DNA of 64,000 nucleotides from a virus: IMG/VR virus record IMGVR_UViG_3300025875_000003, positions 60,314 to 124,313 of that record; one strand, written 5' to 3'. The notes beneath the pieces are model-generated. The model had not been told where the DNA came from, did not search any database, and saw nothing but the letters and a program-made list of their open reading frames with translations. The translations under genes were made by a program, and so were the position numbers. Shown piece after piece: positions 17,396 through 28,462 of this stretch (positions within the stretch are counted from its first letter, which is position 1; the number at the start of each line of letters is the position of its first letter).

Positions 17396-18962
17396 TGAAT
17401 TGGTTGAAGAGGGTACGACGACCACCAAGGCACAGACAGAGGACGGCACGCCGCTGGCTTTGGAGTTTGAGGTCGGGGTAGATCAGAATCTTCCCTTCTC
17501 GATGCCGTACCAGCCCTCTAAGGATGGCACTAAGCGCTCGGCGGATGAAGACCTACAAGAAATTGGCCGTGAGGGTTTCGAAGACTATGGTCCCTCTGTG
17601 CGTCAGTTGGTCACCATGCGCAAGATGGATGGTCAGGCGCGCGCTCTGTACCGGCTGCTGACGCTGCCCATTCGTTCTGCTCTCAACACGGCTACCTTTG
17701 TCCCGGCTGAGGGCGGGGAGGCCGAGGCTGAGTATATCGATGCGGTTTTTAATACCCCTGTAGAGGCTGGGGGTATGTCAGTCACCTTTCAGCGCACCAT
17801 GGGTCAGTTGCTTCAGGGCATCTTTGACGGATTTGCTGCGTTCGAGAAGGTATTCTATATTCCAGAGGACGGCCCGCTGAAGGGTAAGATCACTCTGAAG
17901 AAGTTGGCGTACCGACCCGCAGAGACGGTCACCTTCTTGACAGACAAGACTGGTGGCTTCAAGGGTATTCGCCAGCAGGCAACTGTCTCTGGTAAGACCG
18001 TGGATGCTTACATTCCACGAGACTACTGCTTTTATTGGGCAGCACAGGAGGAAGAGCGTAAGTTCTACGGTATCTCATTTTTCCAGAGCGCCTTCTATCA
18101 TTATGACAAGAAGGTGAAGTTGTACTACACGGCTCACCTTGCAGCGCAGCGCGCAGCCGTGGGTACTCGTGTAGGTACTGTGCCTCAACAGGCTTCTAAG
18201 CCTGATCGACTTGCTTTTTCCAAGGCTCTGTCTAATATGTCCGTGGCTCAGTGGATGACCATGCCAGACGGGTTCAAGGTTGAAACACTGAAAGAGGGCG
18301 GTGGTTTCGATTTCTTGAACCTGATCAACCACCACAACAGTCAGATGTCCAAGTCTGTGCTGGCGTCCTTCTTCGATCAGGCCCAGGGCGGAGGCTCTAA
18401 CGACACCTCTTTGGTGAACTTCGCTCAGCCTGGCGATGATATGTTCGTGCTCATGCTGCGCGCTATCATGGACGACATCGCTAACCAGATCAACAACTAT
18501 GTCATCCCTCAGTTGGTGGACTTCAACTTCAAGGGCGGTAAGTACCCTAAGTTTGTTTGGGGCAAGTTGACTGATGAGCAGCGTGCTGCCATTTCTGCTG
18601 TGTTCAACCAGTTGGTTTCTTCGGCGGCGCACGGTGTTCTTCCCAAGGAACTGGTCCGTGCCATTGAGATGCAGCAGGCTGACGACATGGGCTTGGAGAT
18701 TGATTGGGATGCCGTGGAAGCCCGCGAGGAGGAAGAGGCTGCTGCGCTGGCCGCTCAGGAAGCCGCAGCAGGCGCTCTGCCGGGCCAGGAGGGTCCAGTA
18801 GACCCCGAGTCCGCACCTACCTCTGAGAGTTCCCCAGAGGATGCTTTGGCTGCCTTCGAGGAGCAGGCTTCTCGGGTGGGGCTGACGGCAGACGATCTGT
18901 CTACGGCGAATCTTCTTTCTCTGGCACGCGAGATGCTGGGCGAGTCGTCTGAGCGGGCCTGA
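17388..18962 (+). CDS. Portal protein (Mu gp29/DUF935-like)
   Basis: Follows terL; GFAAFEKVF, FYGISFFQSAFYHY, NHHNSQMSKSVL, INNYVIPQLVDFNF. Confidence 0.8.
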   Translation: MANELVEEGTTTTKAQTEDGTPLALEFEVGVDQNLPFSMPYQPSKDGTKRSADEDLQEIGREGFEDYGPSVRQLVTMRKMDGQARALYRLLTLPIRSALNTATFVPAEGGEAEAEYIDAVFNTPVEAGGMSVTFQRTMGQLLQGIFDGFAAFEKVFYIPEDGPLKGKITLKKLAYRPAETVTFLTDKTGGFKGIRQQATVSGKTVDAYIPRDYCFYWAAQEEERKFYGISFFQSAFYHYDKKVKLYYTAHLAAQRAAVGTRVGTVPQQASKPDRLAFSKALSNMSVAQWMTMPDGFKVETLKEGGGFDFLNLINHHNSQMSKSVLASFFDQAQGGGSNDTSLVNFAQPGDDMFVLMLRAIMDDIANQINNYVIPQLVDFNFKGGKYPKFVWGKLTDEQRAAISAVFNQLVSSAAHGVLPKELVRAIEMQQADDMGLEIDWDAVEAREEEEAAALAAQEAAAGALPGQEGPVDPESAPTSESSPEDALAAFEEQASRVGLTADDLSTANLLSLAREMLGESSERA

Positions 18963-18964
18963 CC

Positions 18965-19765
18965 GTGGCACGGTTCGCTGAGCAAGTTCGACGTGCGCGG
19001 ACGGCTCATCTGACTGTCAACGCTCTGGAGGACACAGCGCGCGCTCAGATCAACCAGGCCTTTGATGTTTGGGACGCAGGCGAACTGGACGCACAGACGG
19101 TCAGGCATCGTCTGGAACGCATCATCAGGGACGCTTACAGAGGCTCTGTAGCGCTTGCTGTGGCTCAGGTGGCGCAGGCAGCCGAGATCCCCGATTGGAA
19201 GCCTCGTGAGCGCGTTTTCTTGACTCCGTATCTGAAGTCTTTGCTGGAGGACGTACGCCGGAATCTTCGTGAGTACAAGTCAGCGGGCAAGACTGACGAA
19301 GCGCGTCGTCGTGCGCTCTTGCGCATGCGCCACAGCGCTGGGGTAGCAGCACAGCGGGGATGCACGGACGCCTTGGTTGCTGCGTACTCTGAGATGGAAG
19401 AGTTCGGTCTTTCCGTGCGCAAGGTGTGGATGGCCAACCTCACCGCTGGGACTCCTCCGTGTGATCAGTGCCGAGCCCTTCACGGGTCTGAGGTGGGCAT
19501 CTCGGAGGAATTCCCTCACGTAGGCTCTTACGTCCCCTACATCGACCTTGTGGGGCCTCCAGCGCATCCTCAGTGCCGTTGCTGGCTGGCCTTCCTGATC
19601 GTGTCGCTGGAGAACGCCTTCGACTCTCTGGACTTGGATACTCCTGCCGAATCTGTCGAGTCTTCCATGACTTCGGCTCAGGTCCGCTCTATGCCTGCCA
19701 AGTTGTTTTCTAGTTTCGTGACTTTCGTGTCCAGGGTGGTCAAGAAGTTAAGGAGTACGAAATGA
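18965..19765 (+). CDS. MuF-like (Mu gpF) minor head protein
   Basis: RKVW...CDQCRALHG...GPPAHPQCRCWL. Confidence 0.75.
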   Translation: MARFAEQVRRARTAHLTVNALEDTARAQINQAFDVWDAGELDAQTVRHRLERIIRDAYRGSVALAVAQVAQAAEIPDWKPRERVFLTPYLKSLLEDVRRNLREYKSAGKTDEARRRALLRMRHSAGVAAQRGCTDALVAAYSEMEEFGLSVRKVWMANLTAGTPPCDQCRALHGSEVGISEEFPHVGSYVPYIDLVGPPAHPQCRCWLAFLIVSLENAFDSLDLDTPAESVESSMTSAQVRSMPAKLFSSFVTFVSRVVKKLRSTK

Positions 19766-19980
19766 TTCGCTATCTCTTTGATTCAACTGAATCCGCAGCA
19801 GCCGCGCTGGGAGTTGTTCTAGTTCACGCACGAGGCTCTAAGGACGATTACACCTTTGGCAGTCTTTCCTTGTCTCAATTGACTGACTCAGGTATGTGGC
19901 TTACAGGTAACACGGAGTCAGTAGCAAAGTTGTTGGACGCAGTACCTGGGGCGGTACGTCAGGAGAGTTTTGGTCGATAG
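19762..19980 (+). CDS. Hypothetical protein
   Basis: 72-aa ORF with AGGAG RBS and 4-bp overlap. Confidence 0.6.
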   Translation: MIRYLFDSTESAAAALGVVLVHARGSKDDYTFGSLSLSQLTDSGMWLTGNTESVAKLLDAVPGAVRQESFGR

Positions 19981-19981
19981 T
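19972..19981 (+). promoter_or_regulatory. Putative late promoter motif GGTCGATAGT (copy 2)
   Basis: About 60 bp upstream of the 2806-aa gene. Confidence 0.7.
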
Positions 19982-20041
19982 GATGGGTAGAAAGAATCTT
20001 GTTCGTGACAAGATTTGTGAATCCCGGAGGATCGGCTGTAG

Positions 20042-23000
20042 ATGTTTGAGTTGGAGCAGTTTGAGGAAGTAGTCGCGCTTGCTGGCGTTCGTAAGGTTCG
20101 CACACAAGAAGGCGTTAAGTTCTATGGATTGCCGCTTGGTTCCCCAATCACGGCTGACCTCATTGCTCTGAAGGATAAGCAAGCCGCAGCCAAGGGCGTC
20201 AAGGCTCCCAAGGACGCCCTTACTTCCTCGTCTTCACGGGTAACTCCTAAGGCCCCCGGCTCGTCTTCTGTTGAGTCCGATTCCGGATCTGTTTCTGACG
20301 CTATCAAGGTCAAGAAGTCTACGATCTCTGGACCTGCCAAGTTCTCTGTGGGCGCTAAGGAATACGGGGCTCCCTCAGGATCTAAGTTTATTACTCCCCA
20401 GAATAACCCGAAGATTGCTTACGTTCGTACACCAGACGGCAAGATCCGAGCCTTCAATGAGCAGGGTGAGATTGAAGTCCCGGCGACTCTTTCCAACCTG
20501 TTGGCCAAGAAGTTCACGGCTGAGTACGCAGGCGACGATGCCTACGAAGTTGTCGATCTAGTTTCTGCTGCCGACGACCCGGACTCCCCCGTCCTTGGTT
20601 CTGCTGCCGACGCTCCCGCAGAGACTGTCGCTGTCTCTACTGAGGGAGATCCGGTATTCACCAAGAACGACCAGGGCGGCTGGACTCACGACGCGCTTGG
20701 CGTGGAGTTCTCGGACGAGGATGTTCAGACTCTAGTAGACAACGGCGAGATTCTTCTGTCTCCTCCGGTAGAGGGAGACACTGCCGCTCTGGAAGAGCAG
20801 ACCACGGCAGGTATGCCGAACTTCTCGGACATGACCAAGGCCGAGGCTATTTCTGCTTTCGATGCCATGCCTGCTGGATCTATTTTGGGCATCGCTGGAT
20901 CTGACGCAACCATTTCTAAGCAATCAGATGGAACGTGGATTTCAAAGAGCGGCATGCAGCCTTCGGGTAATCCTGTTACTACTGAAGATCTGGCTCTGGT
21001 TAAGAGCATTTTGGTTTCTGCGGATAAGGAGTATGCTCCGGATGTCGAAGGGCCGTCCTCAGAAGTTTCGGAAGTCAAGGAAGCCGAATCGCCTTCCGCC
21101 CCGGACAATAAGGGGAAGGTAAACGAGCCCAAGGGTCTTGACGCCGCACGTTCTGCTATTTCGTCTTATACGAACAAGGCAGCTTTTCCGTCTTCGGAAG
21201 TCTCTAATGTAGCCAAGATGCTTTCTATGGACGAGGCTATTGGAGTATTCGACGGAACCTATCCTCTCAATGTCAGTAAGATGATCGCCGGTATTGACAT
21301 TGACGGCCATGATCTGAAGTCTGCAATTAAGGCTGCACGTAAGACTAATGCGCAGAAGACCGTTGAATTGGGTCAAAATAAGTGGCATAACGAAGACGCA
21401 GTTCTTCGTGAGGTTGCTATTCAAGCAATCGGGGATAACTCCACAGATGTAGAAGACTTCAAGGCGAACTTGAAGAAGATCTCTACAGTGGACCCCCTGA
21501 GCAAGACCAAGGAAGACTCAGTAACCAAGGAGAACAAGGCTCCTAAGGCTAAGAGCGCGGGCGGGTCTGCTCCGGTCACTAAGCCGACCCCTGCCTCTGA
21601 GAAGGCTATTGGTTCTGAAAGCCTGAAGGTTGTTAGGGAGAACGAGAAGCAGTCGAAGCAGACTGTCTCCGAGGCGGTCGTTGACACTAAGAAGCCTGCC
21701 GGTCCTCCTCGCCTGCCTGAGTCCGGCAAGCCGCTTGCGAACCTTAATGAGGTGAGCGAGGTCAAGGCCGCTTTGGACCTGCTGCCCGAAGGCGCAATTC
21801 TGCGGCATGAAAGCCTGTTTTTCAAGTACACCAAGGATGCTTCTGGCTGGTGGGTGGCACCTTCTGGTTCTAAGAGGACTGCGGCGAGTTTCTTTACGGC
21901 AAAGGATCAAATGGTCCTTGAACTGCCGCGCAAGGAAGCAGACAAGCCCAAGGCTGCGCTGACTCCTGAGAAGACTGGCCCGGACTTCAAGGTAGGCGAG
22001 CAGTTCACCTTTACCTCGTACGAGGACTTGGATGCTCTACCCGCTGGAGCGGTTCTGGGTAAGTGGAACGTTTCGTGGACAAAGGTCTCTGACAACGCTT
22101 ACCTGACCGAGAATGGTACTACCGTTCCGAATTCTAACTTGCTTATTCGGGGCAATAGTATGCAGTATAAGATCGTTTCTCTTCCTGAGCCTGCCGCAAC
22201 CAAGTTTTCCACGGAGTATGCCAAGGGTGACAAGATCAAGAAGTACGGTCACCTTCGTGAGATGCCCGTAGGCACTAAGATCAAGTCTTCTGCCCTGGGA
22301 GCCTCTTATCTGTTGACAAAGGGTGAAGATGGTAAGTGGCACGAAAACGAGAATGGCGTTCCATGGAGTCCCGATACCCTTGCGGATGACATCATTGATG
22401 GCAATCTCACCATGGAAGCATCGGGTTCTGTAGGTGAGCAGTCGGACGATCTTGACGTGCAGTTGCTGCCCAACGGCATTGTCTACTCCAAGAAGCAGAT
22501 CGCTGACGCGGTAGACGCTCTGGAGGGACACAGCGGCTTCCAGATCGCCTATGGGTTCAAGACGATCCCGGATCACCCGCTTGCTCAAAAGGATGCTCAG
22601 AATGCCGTCAAGGAAGCCGCTATGGCAGCCTTCCCGGACCTGAAGCCCAAGCAGGCTTTCGTCGCCTTCCTGAAGGACAAGGGAGGCATCTCTGATGTGC
22701 CTGCATCTGTGGATGCAGCCGTTGGTGCGCCTGGACTCGCAGGCAACAAGATTCATCTCGGTGCGGACAACCCCCAGGCCAAGACTATTCAGGGCTATGA
22801 CGGCGGCGACTTTACGCCTGCCGATGTCGAGTCTGCTATTTCGATTCTTGAAGCGTTCGGCGGCAAGGCGTTCAAGGCTGAGTTGAACAAGAAGGGCAAT
22901 CCGCTTGGTATTCTGAACCCCAATGACCTTGTGGGCTTCAACAAGGACAAGACTGTCACCAAGCAGAAGTTCATCGACCTTCTGAAGTCGAGCCTTGCTG

Positions 23001-26000
23001 ACTACCAGGAGAATGCTCCCGAGCCTGAGCCGGTGGAGTTGGAGCAGTCTGATCCGGTTGAGGCCAGCAAGACTCTTTCTGAAAGTGACCTTCAGAACCT
23101 CCCAAGCGGGTCAATTATAGTTTCAGACGAGGGCTGGACCTTTACTAAGCATGGTCCAGATTACTGGATCGACTCAGAGGGTGAAGACTTCTTCATCGGT
23201 GATCTTGTTAGCATTTCTTCTGGGTACACGCTGAATTCCAAGCCTGCCGAGCCTGAGCCTAATGTTCCGGATTACGCCAAGGCACCCGAGGCTGTTGCAG
23301 CCAAGACGCCTCAGCCCAACAACGGCAAGGTTTATTGGGACGGCAAGAAGGCGTCTGAGGCTCCAGAGGGTGCCCAGGTTCAGTTTGCCGATAAGAGCGT
23401 GCTTTACAAGACTGCAAATGGAAAGTGGTCTCCTTATAACAATGGCTCATCAGGCGCAATTTCAGATTCTGTCATTCAGAGTAGCCTAGACGATGGGGGC
23501 CTGACGCCTTCTAACAACGAAGAACCTCTTGCCGAGTGGGAGAAGGAACTTCTTGCGGGTGTAACTGACCTCGACGCGCCCATTGGTGGAGACCCCTGGG
23601 ATGGCAAGAATGCTGCTGACGCTCCTGTTGGTGCGAAGGTGCACTCCGCTTCCCCCATGGGGTCATATTGGCAGAAGAGGGAAGATGGCGAGTGGCAGGC
23701 GTACTGGAAGGATTCTGGTGAGCCTAAGTCGTATTCTTGGTCGGAGGCCCATGTCCAGGGCTATCTAGAGAGCGGTATGCTGCTTCCCTACACCGAAAAC
23801 AAGGAGAACGAACAGAAGGAAGACTTTGATTCTCCGGAAGACGCTGAGACGGGCCCGCAGACCAATCCTTCTGGCCTGACTCCCGGTAAGTACTCCACCG
23901 GCAAGGGCAAAGCCTACATGGTAGTTGCTGCGGACGGTACTGCCATCTACGTGCAGGGCAACGGTGTAGCCAAGTACATCGACACCGATAAGGTGAAGAA
24001 GAATTACGACGCGGGCATGAGCACCTATGGTGGTCTGGTAGACGCGCCTGAGCCTTCCGACCCCGCAGACAAGAAGCCGGTAGCCAAGGCCGTCAAGAAG
24101 GGTCCGGTGGAACTTCCTTCGGGCACCTACTACTTGGGTGATTCGACCAAGAGCAAGACGACCGTCTACGTCGTTGACGGCGATAAGGTCAAGATCTACA
24201 AGGGCAAGGAAACGTGGTCCTTTAACGAGGTCGTGCAGCCGGACGACAGTGTTTCTGTTGAGGCTGTGCCTCTAGACAAGATCAAGACCGCGTACCACCA
24301 GGGCAAGATTGTTGACGCTGATGGCAACTCGGTAGTGCCCAAGGGTTACTCTGGTCCCATCACCATGTTCAACGTGCCTACGTCTACGCAGGCTCTGGTC
24401 ATGGCTCGCAAGTCGATTCAGGATGATCCTGAGTTCAAGGCTATTGGTACTAATTTTGTTCAGGCTAAGTTGAAGGCCCTGGGGTTCACCACCAACCTGA
24501 GCAAGGTTGTAGACAAGATCAAGACAGAGCAGCCCGATTGGGGTGAGACCCTGGGCTCTACATATGGTCTTACTTACAGTGCGGATAACTCCTGGCACGA
24601 GCCCATTCGTGAGAAGATTCTTGCGCAGATGGATGCTCTGCTGGAGGGTGCAGAGACGACTATTCCTGAGTCAAACGCTTCTGGTCTGTTCGAGTGGGGC
24701 CAGGACGGTTCTGCCCAGATGCCTCTGGAACTTGCTTCTATGAGTTCTTCCTCTGGAAGCACGACGGCCAACAATGCCAAGGCCAAGGCCATTGCGCAAG
24801 CATTTGGTGGCGGGAAGATCCTGTACCCACCTACGGGCAAGTATGAGAAGTACTACTGGCTACAGGCTTTTGAGCAGGGCAACTTCGCTGTGATGTATCA
24901 GTATGAGGTTAACTCGTTTGCCGGGAAGGACAAGTCTCACCCCGCTGGTTATCTGCATCCTGGCTATGAGGGCAACGAAGAGACCAACCACGTTAAGTGG
25001 GGCGCGGTTGTGTCCGGCGAGGTTGCTGCGGGCGTTGAGGTAGAAGGTGACTGGTCGAAGATCTCGGTTAACAACTGGTCGCCCGCTGAGATTGATAACT
25101 ATCTCATTGCTGCCAAGATGCAGAATCCTCAGTATCTTACTCTGGCCCAAAAGCGCAAGTGGGTTCAGTACCATAAGAACGGTGGTAAGGGAGTAGTAGA
25201 CGCCATTTCGGCTTCGGCTGCGCAGGCAAAGAATGAGGGCAAGCCCGCTCTATCTCCTGCACCAGCGTGGACGGACGACATTGTTCCGGCTACTGAGTAT
25301 GACCACATGTTCGATGAAGGTCCGTATCCCAGTGGGGATAAGTGGCAGAATGTTAGTTACGCCGTTGTTCGTGCTTGGGCTAAGGATAACCTGAAGAACG
25401 AAGAATTTTTGGAGATATTGAAGGCTGCCCATGACGAGCAGGGCTACCACCTATACACCGATGGTAACGGCCTTCCAGATATGGACAATCTTTCGTCTTA
25501 TCCTGTACGTGCCGCAGTTTCCAAGTATTGGAACGGTAAGTACGAGGCCTACCAGGAAGAGTTGAACAAGCCGGTCTACACCAAGATCAAGTTGATCGAG
25601 GGCGAAGACGCGGGTACTCACGATGTCTGGATCACTAAGGACCAGTTCGACCGCAAGTACGTCTTCAAGCCGGTAGATTCTCCAGATAAGCGCTGGCGCG
25701 CCGAGATTGAGACTATTGCTAGTCAGATGAGCGTGGCGTGGGGGTTCCGTACTCCTAATGCACAGATCATGGAGTTGGACGGCGAAGAAGGCATATTGAT
25801 GTCTTTCGCTGACCATGTTTCTTCTTTCAAGGGCAAGAACGGTAACTCGATTCAGATGTCTTCTCTGACGGAGAAGCAGGTTGGTCAGGTTGCCGCCGAG
25901 CACGTCCTTGACTGGATTCTAGACAATGATGACACGCATTCATCCAACCTGCTCATGGGTACGGATGGAAATGTTATCGGCATCGACAAGGGTCGCGCGT

Positions 26001-28462
26001 TCTTCGTCTACGGCAACTGGAACGGATTGAGTGCGGATACTCAGGCGCATTCCAACGCCAACTTGGTATACACCAAGTTGTACGATGACATTCGTTCAGG
26101 AAAGGTCACTCAGGAACAGGCACAGGCTGCGTACTTCGCTGCCATGAAGGCCGCCAAGCGCATCCAGAACTCTGATGACGCCGCTGCTGAGGCTCGCATT
26201 CGTGAGGCTACTGCCAATCGTCCGAAGTGGTCCCCGCCTGGCTACATGACACACTTCAGCCATGCGCAGGCTCCGCAGAACCAGGACCAGTTGGTTGCGG
26301 CATTCCTAGAGCGTAAGCAAAATATGGTCGAAGAGATCGGAGAGATGTGGGATCGCATTTTCGCTGCGTCTCCGTATGACAAGCCTGAGGCTCCCGATAA
26401 GGCCTTGGGCGAGGACCACTTCTCGGGTTGGGAAGAGCCGGGCTTGGCTGAGGCTGCTGTGGCCTCCAAGGTCTGGGGTACGTCTGCGCTGCACGCATCT
26501 CCTGGCATCCAGAGTGGTGCGTCCTTGTTGTGGCATGAGAAGACGAAGGATGACAAGGATTTGTTGAAGGGCACGTTGAAGGTAGGCAACCTGACCCAGA
26601 AGAAGATTCTGGGCTTCATGAAGGGCAAGGCAGGTTCGCCTGCAAATAGCGAGTACCAGTCTTCCCAGATCGACGGGTTCCCCCACACCACCGAGTGGAA
26701 GTCAATTACATCTGCTGCGGGCAAGGATGCGTCCAAGCATGTAGAGGACAAGGAGTACACGGCTGAGGTTTGGGACAACTTGGCAACCCTGGACGATACG
26801 CTTGATAAGGACCTAGAGTTCTGGGCTCCCGACTTGGAGCCGGATGAGTACAGCGAATATGTCTTCTTCCCTTCAGGTAAGCAGGTTCCTGTCAAGGGTC
26901 TTTTCCAGTATCGACAGGCCCTGGATCACTACAAGAATCTCATTTCCAAGGCTCGCACTGCTCGTGATGAAGGAAAGACCACAGATAAGTACGAGTTCAC
27001 TGTGTTCTCTCCCACTCCGATCAAGAAGAACGGGCAAACTCTCACAGGGCCAGATGGCGAGTCCTACACGGAGATGTACGGCAGCGGGTGGTTCCACACC
27101 ACCAAGACTGGCGTAGAGGTCGTTCCTGCGCCCCCTGAGGGCGTTCTGAAGGGCACTGCGCCAGGTTGGGAGAACCCCGCTGCGGCCGAGGCTCCCATGT
27201 CTGATCCGGTAATCTACAAGCAGGTCAACGCACACGAGTACGGCGGCGAGTTGCTTACGGACGGAACCAAGAAGAATTCTGGTTCTAGCAGCAGTTCGGG
27301 GCATGATGGGCAGCAGTACGAGGCCACTCTGCCTACCGGAGAGGTGATTACCTTCCGCAATGGTGATGACACACTTACCTCGTTGAGTCAGCAAGGTCGC
27401 ATTACCTACACTCTGTCACAGGATGACCCGGAGGCTTCTCTGCTACGTGTTCAGGCTCAGTTCGACAAGATGGGCCTAGATATGTCGGGCGCTCAGCCCG
27501 AAGACGCCGAAAACGTCTACTGGCGGTCTATGTTCTCTCGCGTTCTTCTCAGCAAGGGCGGTGGGGCCAAGATTGAGGCCGCTCGTAATAAGATCAATGA
27601 GAATAAGCAAGACATTTCAGCCAAGACGGGCGTTTCTTTCTATGACCTCAATGAGTTCTCTGTCGTAGAGGGCATTGGCCTGTCCATGACTTCGGAGCAA
27701 GAACACGAATTTTGGCACAACCTGGCTGTCGAGACGTGGGGCTCAGAAAAGGTAAATGATTGGATTGCAGCAGACAAGCACCTTCCCCAGTACCAGCATT
27801 TGAATCTGGCTGACCCGGAGATGAATACCGGAATGCCCTATTTCAATCGTCTTGATGTTGATGTGGACGAACTGAAGAAGACCAAGACCCTTGTTGCCAT
27901 CGGCAACAACGGTAAGGATGATTCTCTGTTGAAGTACATCACCTCTGGTGGTATGGCTTCTACTGAAGAGCGTCTGCGTCTTCTAGGACACTACAAGACG
28001 GGTGCTTCTTCTAGTGAGGATCAAGATACTGGTGGGGCCACGGGTGTATTTACACGTCTTGCCATTCCGGGCGGCAATGCAGAATACTCGGGCTCGATGT
28101 TCGGGTCTTACGTGGCTTATTGGAGCCCTGAGGTGTTGACCCAGACCGGGACGTATTCGTACACCGACGACAGTTACGGACGATGGTCTTCCCTGTCGAG
28201 CAATAATAAGTATGACCCGGTGGAATCTGCCAGGAAGAACACAGATTCGAGCAACGAGACGCTTGTCCAGAATACGATGAGTATCTTCGACTATCTGGAA
28301 GTGTTCTCCTTCGAGAACGCGACCAAGCGGAACGAGGCTATTCAACGTATGAAGGCCCTGGGGTTTTCTACCCTCCGGGGTATGCCTATTGAGGATCGAT
28401 TCGTTATGCGTGAGAACATTAAGGAAGCAGTGGCTAAGGTGCGTGCATCGTGGAACGTGTGA
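20042..28462 (+). CDS. Giant head-module protein (2806 aa) with internal repeats, a PI3K/PI4K/HipA-like kinase domain and a possible C-terminal ADP-ribosyltransferase-like domain
   Basis: Between MuF and protease genes; GTHDVW..YVFKP, RAEIE..A, DWILDNDDTHSSNLL, IGIDKGRAF; repeated P.G..+...K..DG.W units. Confidence 0.7.
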   Translation: MFELEQFEEVVALAGVRKVRTQEGVKFYGLPLGSPITADLIALKDKQAAAKGVKAPKDALTSSSSRVTPKAPGSSSVESDSGSVSDAIKVKKSTISGPAKFSVGAKEYGAPSGSKFITPQNNPKIAYVRTPDGKIRAFNEQGEIEVPATLSNLLAKKFTAEYAGDDAYEVVDLVSAADDPDSPVLGSAADAPAETVAVSTEGDPVFTKNDQGGWTHDALGVEFSDEDVQTLVDNGEILLSPPVEGDTAALEEQTTAGMPNFSDMTKAEAISAFDAMPAGSILGIAGSDATISKQSDGTWISKSGMQPSGNPVTTEDLALVKSILVSADKEYAPDVEGPSSEVSEVKEAESPSAPDNKGKVNEPKGLDAARSAISSYTNKAAFPSSEVSNVAKMLSMDEAIGVFDGTYPLNVSKMIAGIDIDGHDLKSAIKAARKTNAQKTVELGQNKWHNEDAVLREVAIQAIGDNSTDVEDFKANLKKISTVDPLSKTKEDSVTKENKAPKAKSAGGSAPVTKPTPASEKAIGSESLKVVRENEKQSKQTVSEAVVDTKKPAGPPRLPESGKPLANLNEVSEVKAALDLLPEGAILRHESLFFKYTKDASGWWVAPSGSKRTAASFFTAKDQMVLELPRKEADKPKAALTPEKTGPDFKVGEQFTFTSYEDLDALPAGAVLGKWNVSWTKVSDNAYLTENGTTVPNSNLLIRGNSMQYKIVSLPEPAATKFSTEYAKGDKIKKYGHLREMPVGTKIKSSALGASYLLTKGEDGKWHENENGVPWSPDTLADDIIDGNLTMEASGSVGEQSDDLDVQLLPNGIVYSKKQIADAVDALEGHSGFQIAYGFKTIPDHPLAQKDAQNAVKEAAMAAFPDLKPKQAFVAFLKDKGGISDVPASVDAAVGAPGLAGNKIHLGADNPQAKTIQGYDGGDFTPADVESAISILEAFGGKAFKAELNKKGNPLGILNPNDLVGFNKDKTVTKQKFIDLLKSSLADYQENAPEPEPVELEQSDPVEASKTLSESDLQNLPSGSIIVSDEGWTFTKHGPDYWIDSEGEDFFIGDLVSISSGYTLNSKPAEPEPNVPDYAKAPEAVAAKTPQPNNGKVYWDGKKASEAPEGAQVQFADKSVLYKTANGKWSPYNNGSSGAISDSVIQSSLDDGGLTPSNNEEPLAEWEKELLAGVTDLDAPIGGDPWDGKNAADAPVGAKVHSASPMGSYWQKREDGEWQAYWKDSGEPKSYSWSEAHVQGYLESGMLLPYTENKENEQKEDFDSPEDAETGPQTNPSGLTPGKYSTGKGKAYMVVAADGTAIYVQGNGVAKYIDTDKVKKNYDAGMSTYGGLVDAPEPSDPADKKPVAKAVKKGPVELPSGTYYLGDSTKSKTTVYVVDGDKVKIYKGKETWSFNEVVQPDDSVSVEAVPLDKIKTAYHQGKIVDADGNSVVPKGYSGPITMFNVPTSTQALVMARKSIQDDPEFKAIGTNFVQAKLKALGFTTNLSKVVDKIKTEQPDWGETLGSTYGLTYSADNSWHEPIREKILAQMDALLEGAETTIPESNASGLFEWGQDGSAQMPLELASMSSSSGSTTANNAKAKAIAQAFGGGKILYPPTGKYEKYYWLQAFEQGNFAVMYQYEVNSFAGKDKSHPAGYLHPGYEGNEETNHVKWGAVVSGEVAAGVEVEGDWSKISVNNWSPAEIDNYLIAAKMQNPQYLTLAQKRKWVQYHKNGGKGVVDAISASAAQAKNEGKPALSPAPAWTDDIVPATEYDHMFDEGPYPSGDKWQNVSYAVVRAWAKDNLKNEEFLEILKAAHDEQGYHLYTDGNGLPDMDNLSSYPVRAAVSKYWNGKYEAYQEELNKPVYTKIKLIEGEDAGTHDVWITKDQFDRKYVFKPVDSPDKRWRAEIETIASQMSVAWGFRTPNAQIMELDGEEGILMSFADHVSSFKGKNGNSIQMSSLTEKQVGQVAAEHVLDWILDNDDTHSSNLLMGTDGNVIGIDKGRAFFVYGNWNGLSADTQAHSNANLVYTKLYDDIRSGKVTQEQAQAAYFAAMKAAKRIQNSDDAAAEARIREATANRPKWSPPGYMTHFSHAQAPQNQDQLVAAFLERKQNMVEEIGEMWDRIFAASPYDKPEAPDKALGEDHFSGWEEPGLAEAAVASKVWGTSALHASPGIQSGASLLWHEKTKDDKDLLKGTLKVGNLTQKKILGFMKGKAGSPANSEYQSSQIDGFPHTTEWKSITSAAGKDASKHVEDKEYTAEVWDNLATLDDTLDKDLEFWAPDLEPDEYSEYVFFPSGKQVPVKGLFQYRQALDHYKNLISKARTARDEGKTTDKYEFTVFSPTPIKKNGQTLTGPDGESYTEMYGSGWFHTTKTGVEVVPAPPEGVLKGTAPGWENPAAAEAPMSDPVIYKQVNAHEYGGELLTDGTKKNSGSSSSSGHDGQQYEATLPTGEVITFRNGDDTLTSLSQQGRITYTLSQDDPEASLLRVQAQFDKMGLDMSGAQPEDAENVYWRSMFSRVLLSKGGGAKIEAARNKINENKQDISAKTGVSFYDLNEFSVVEGIGLSMTSEQEHEFWHNLAVETWGSEKVNDWIAADKHLPQYQHLNLADPEMNTGMPYFNRLDVDVDELKKTKTLVAIGNNGKDDSLLKYITSGGMASTEERLRLLGHYKTGASSSEDQDTGGATGVFTRLAIPGGNAEYSGSMFGSYVAYWSPEVLTQTGTYSYTDDSYGRWSSLSSNNKYDPVESARKNTDSSNETLVQNTMSIFDYLEVFSFENATKRNEAIQRMKALGFSTLRGMPIEDRFVMRENIKEAVAKVRASWNV

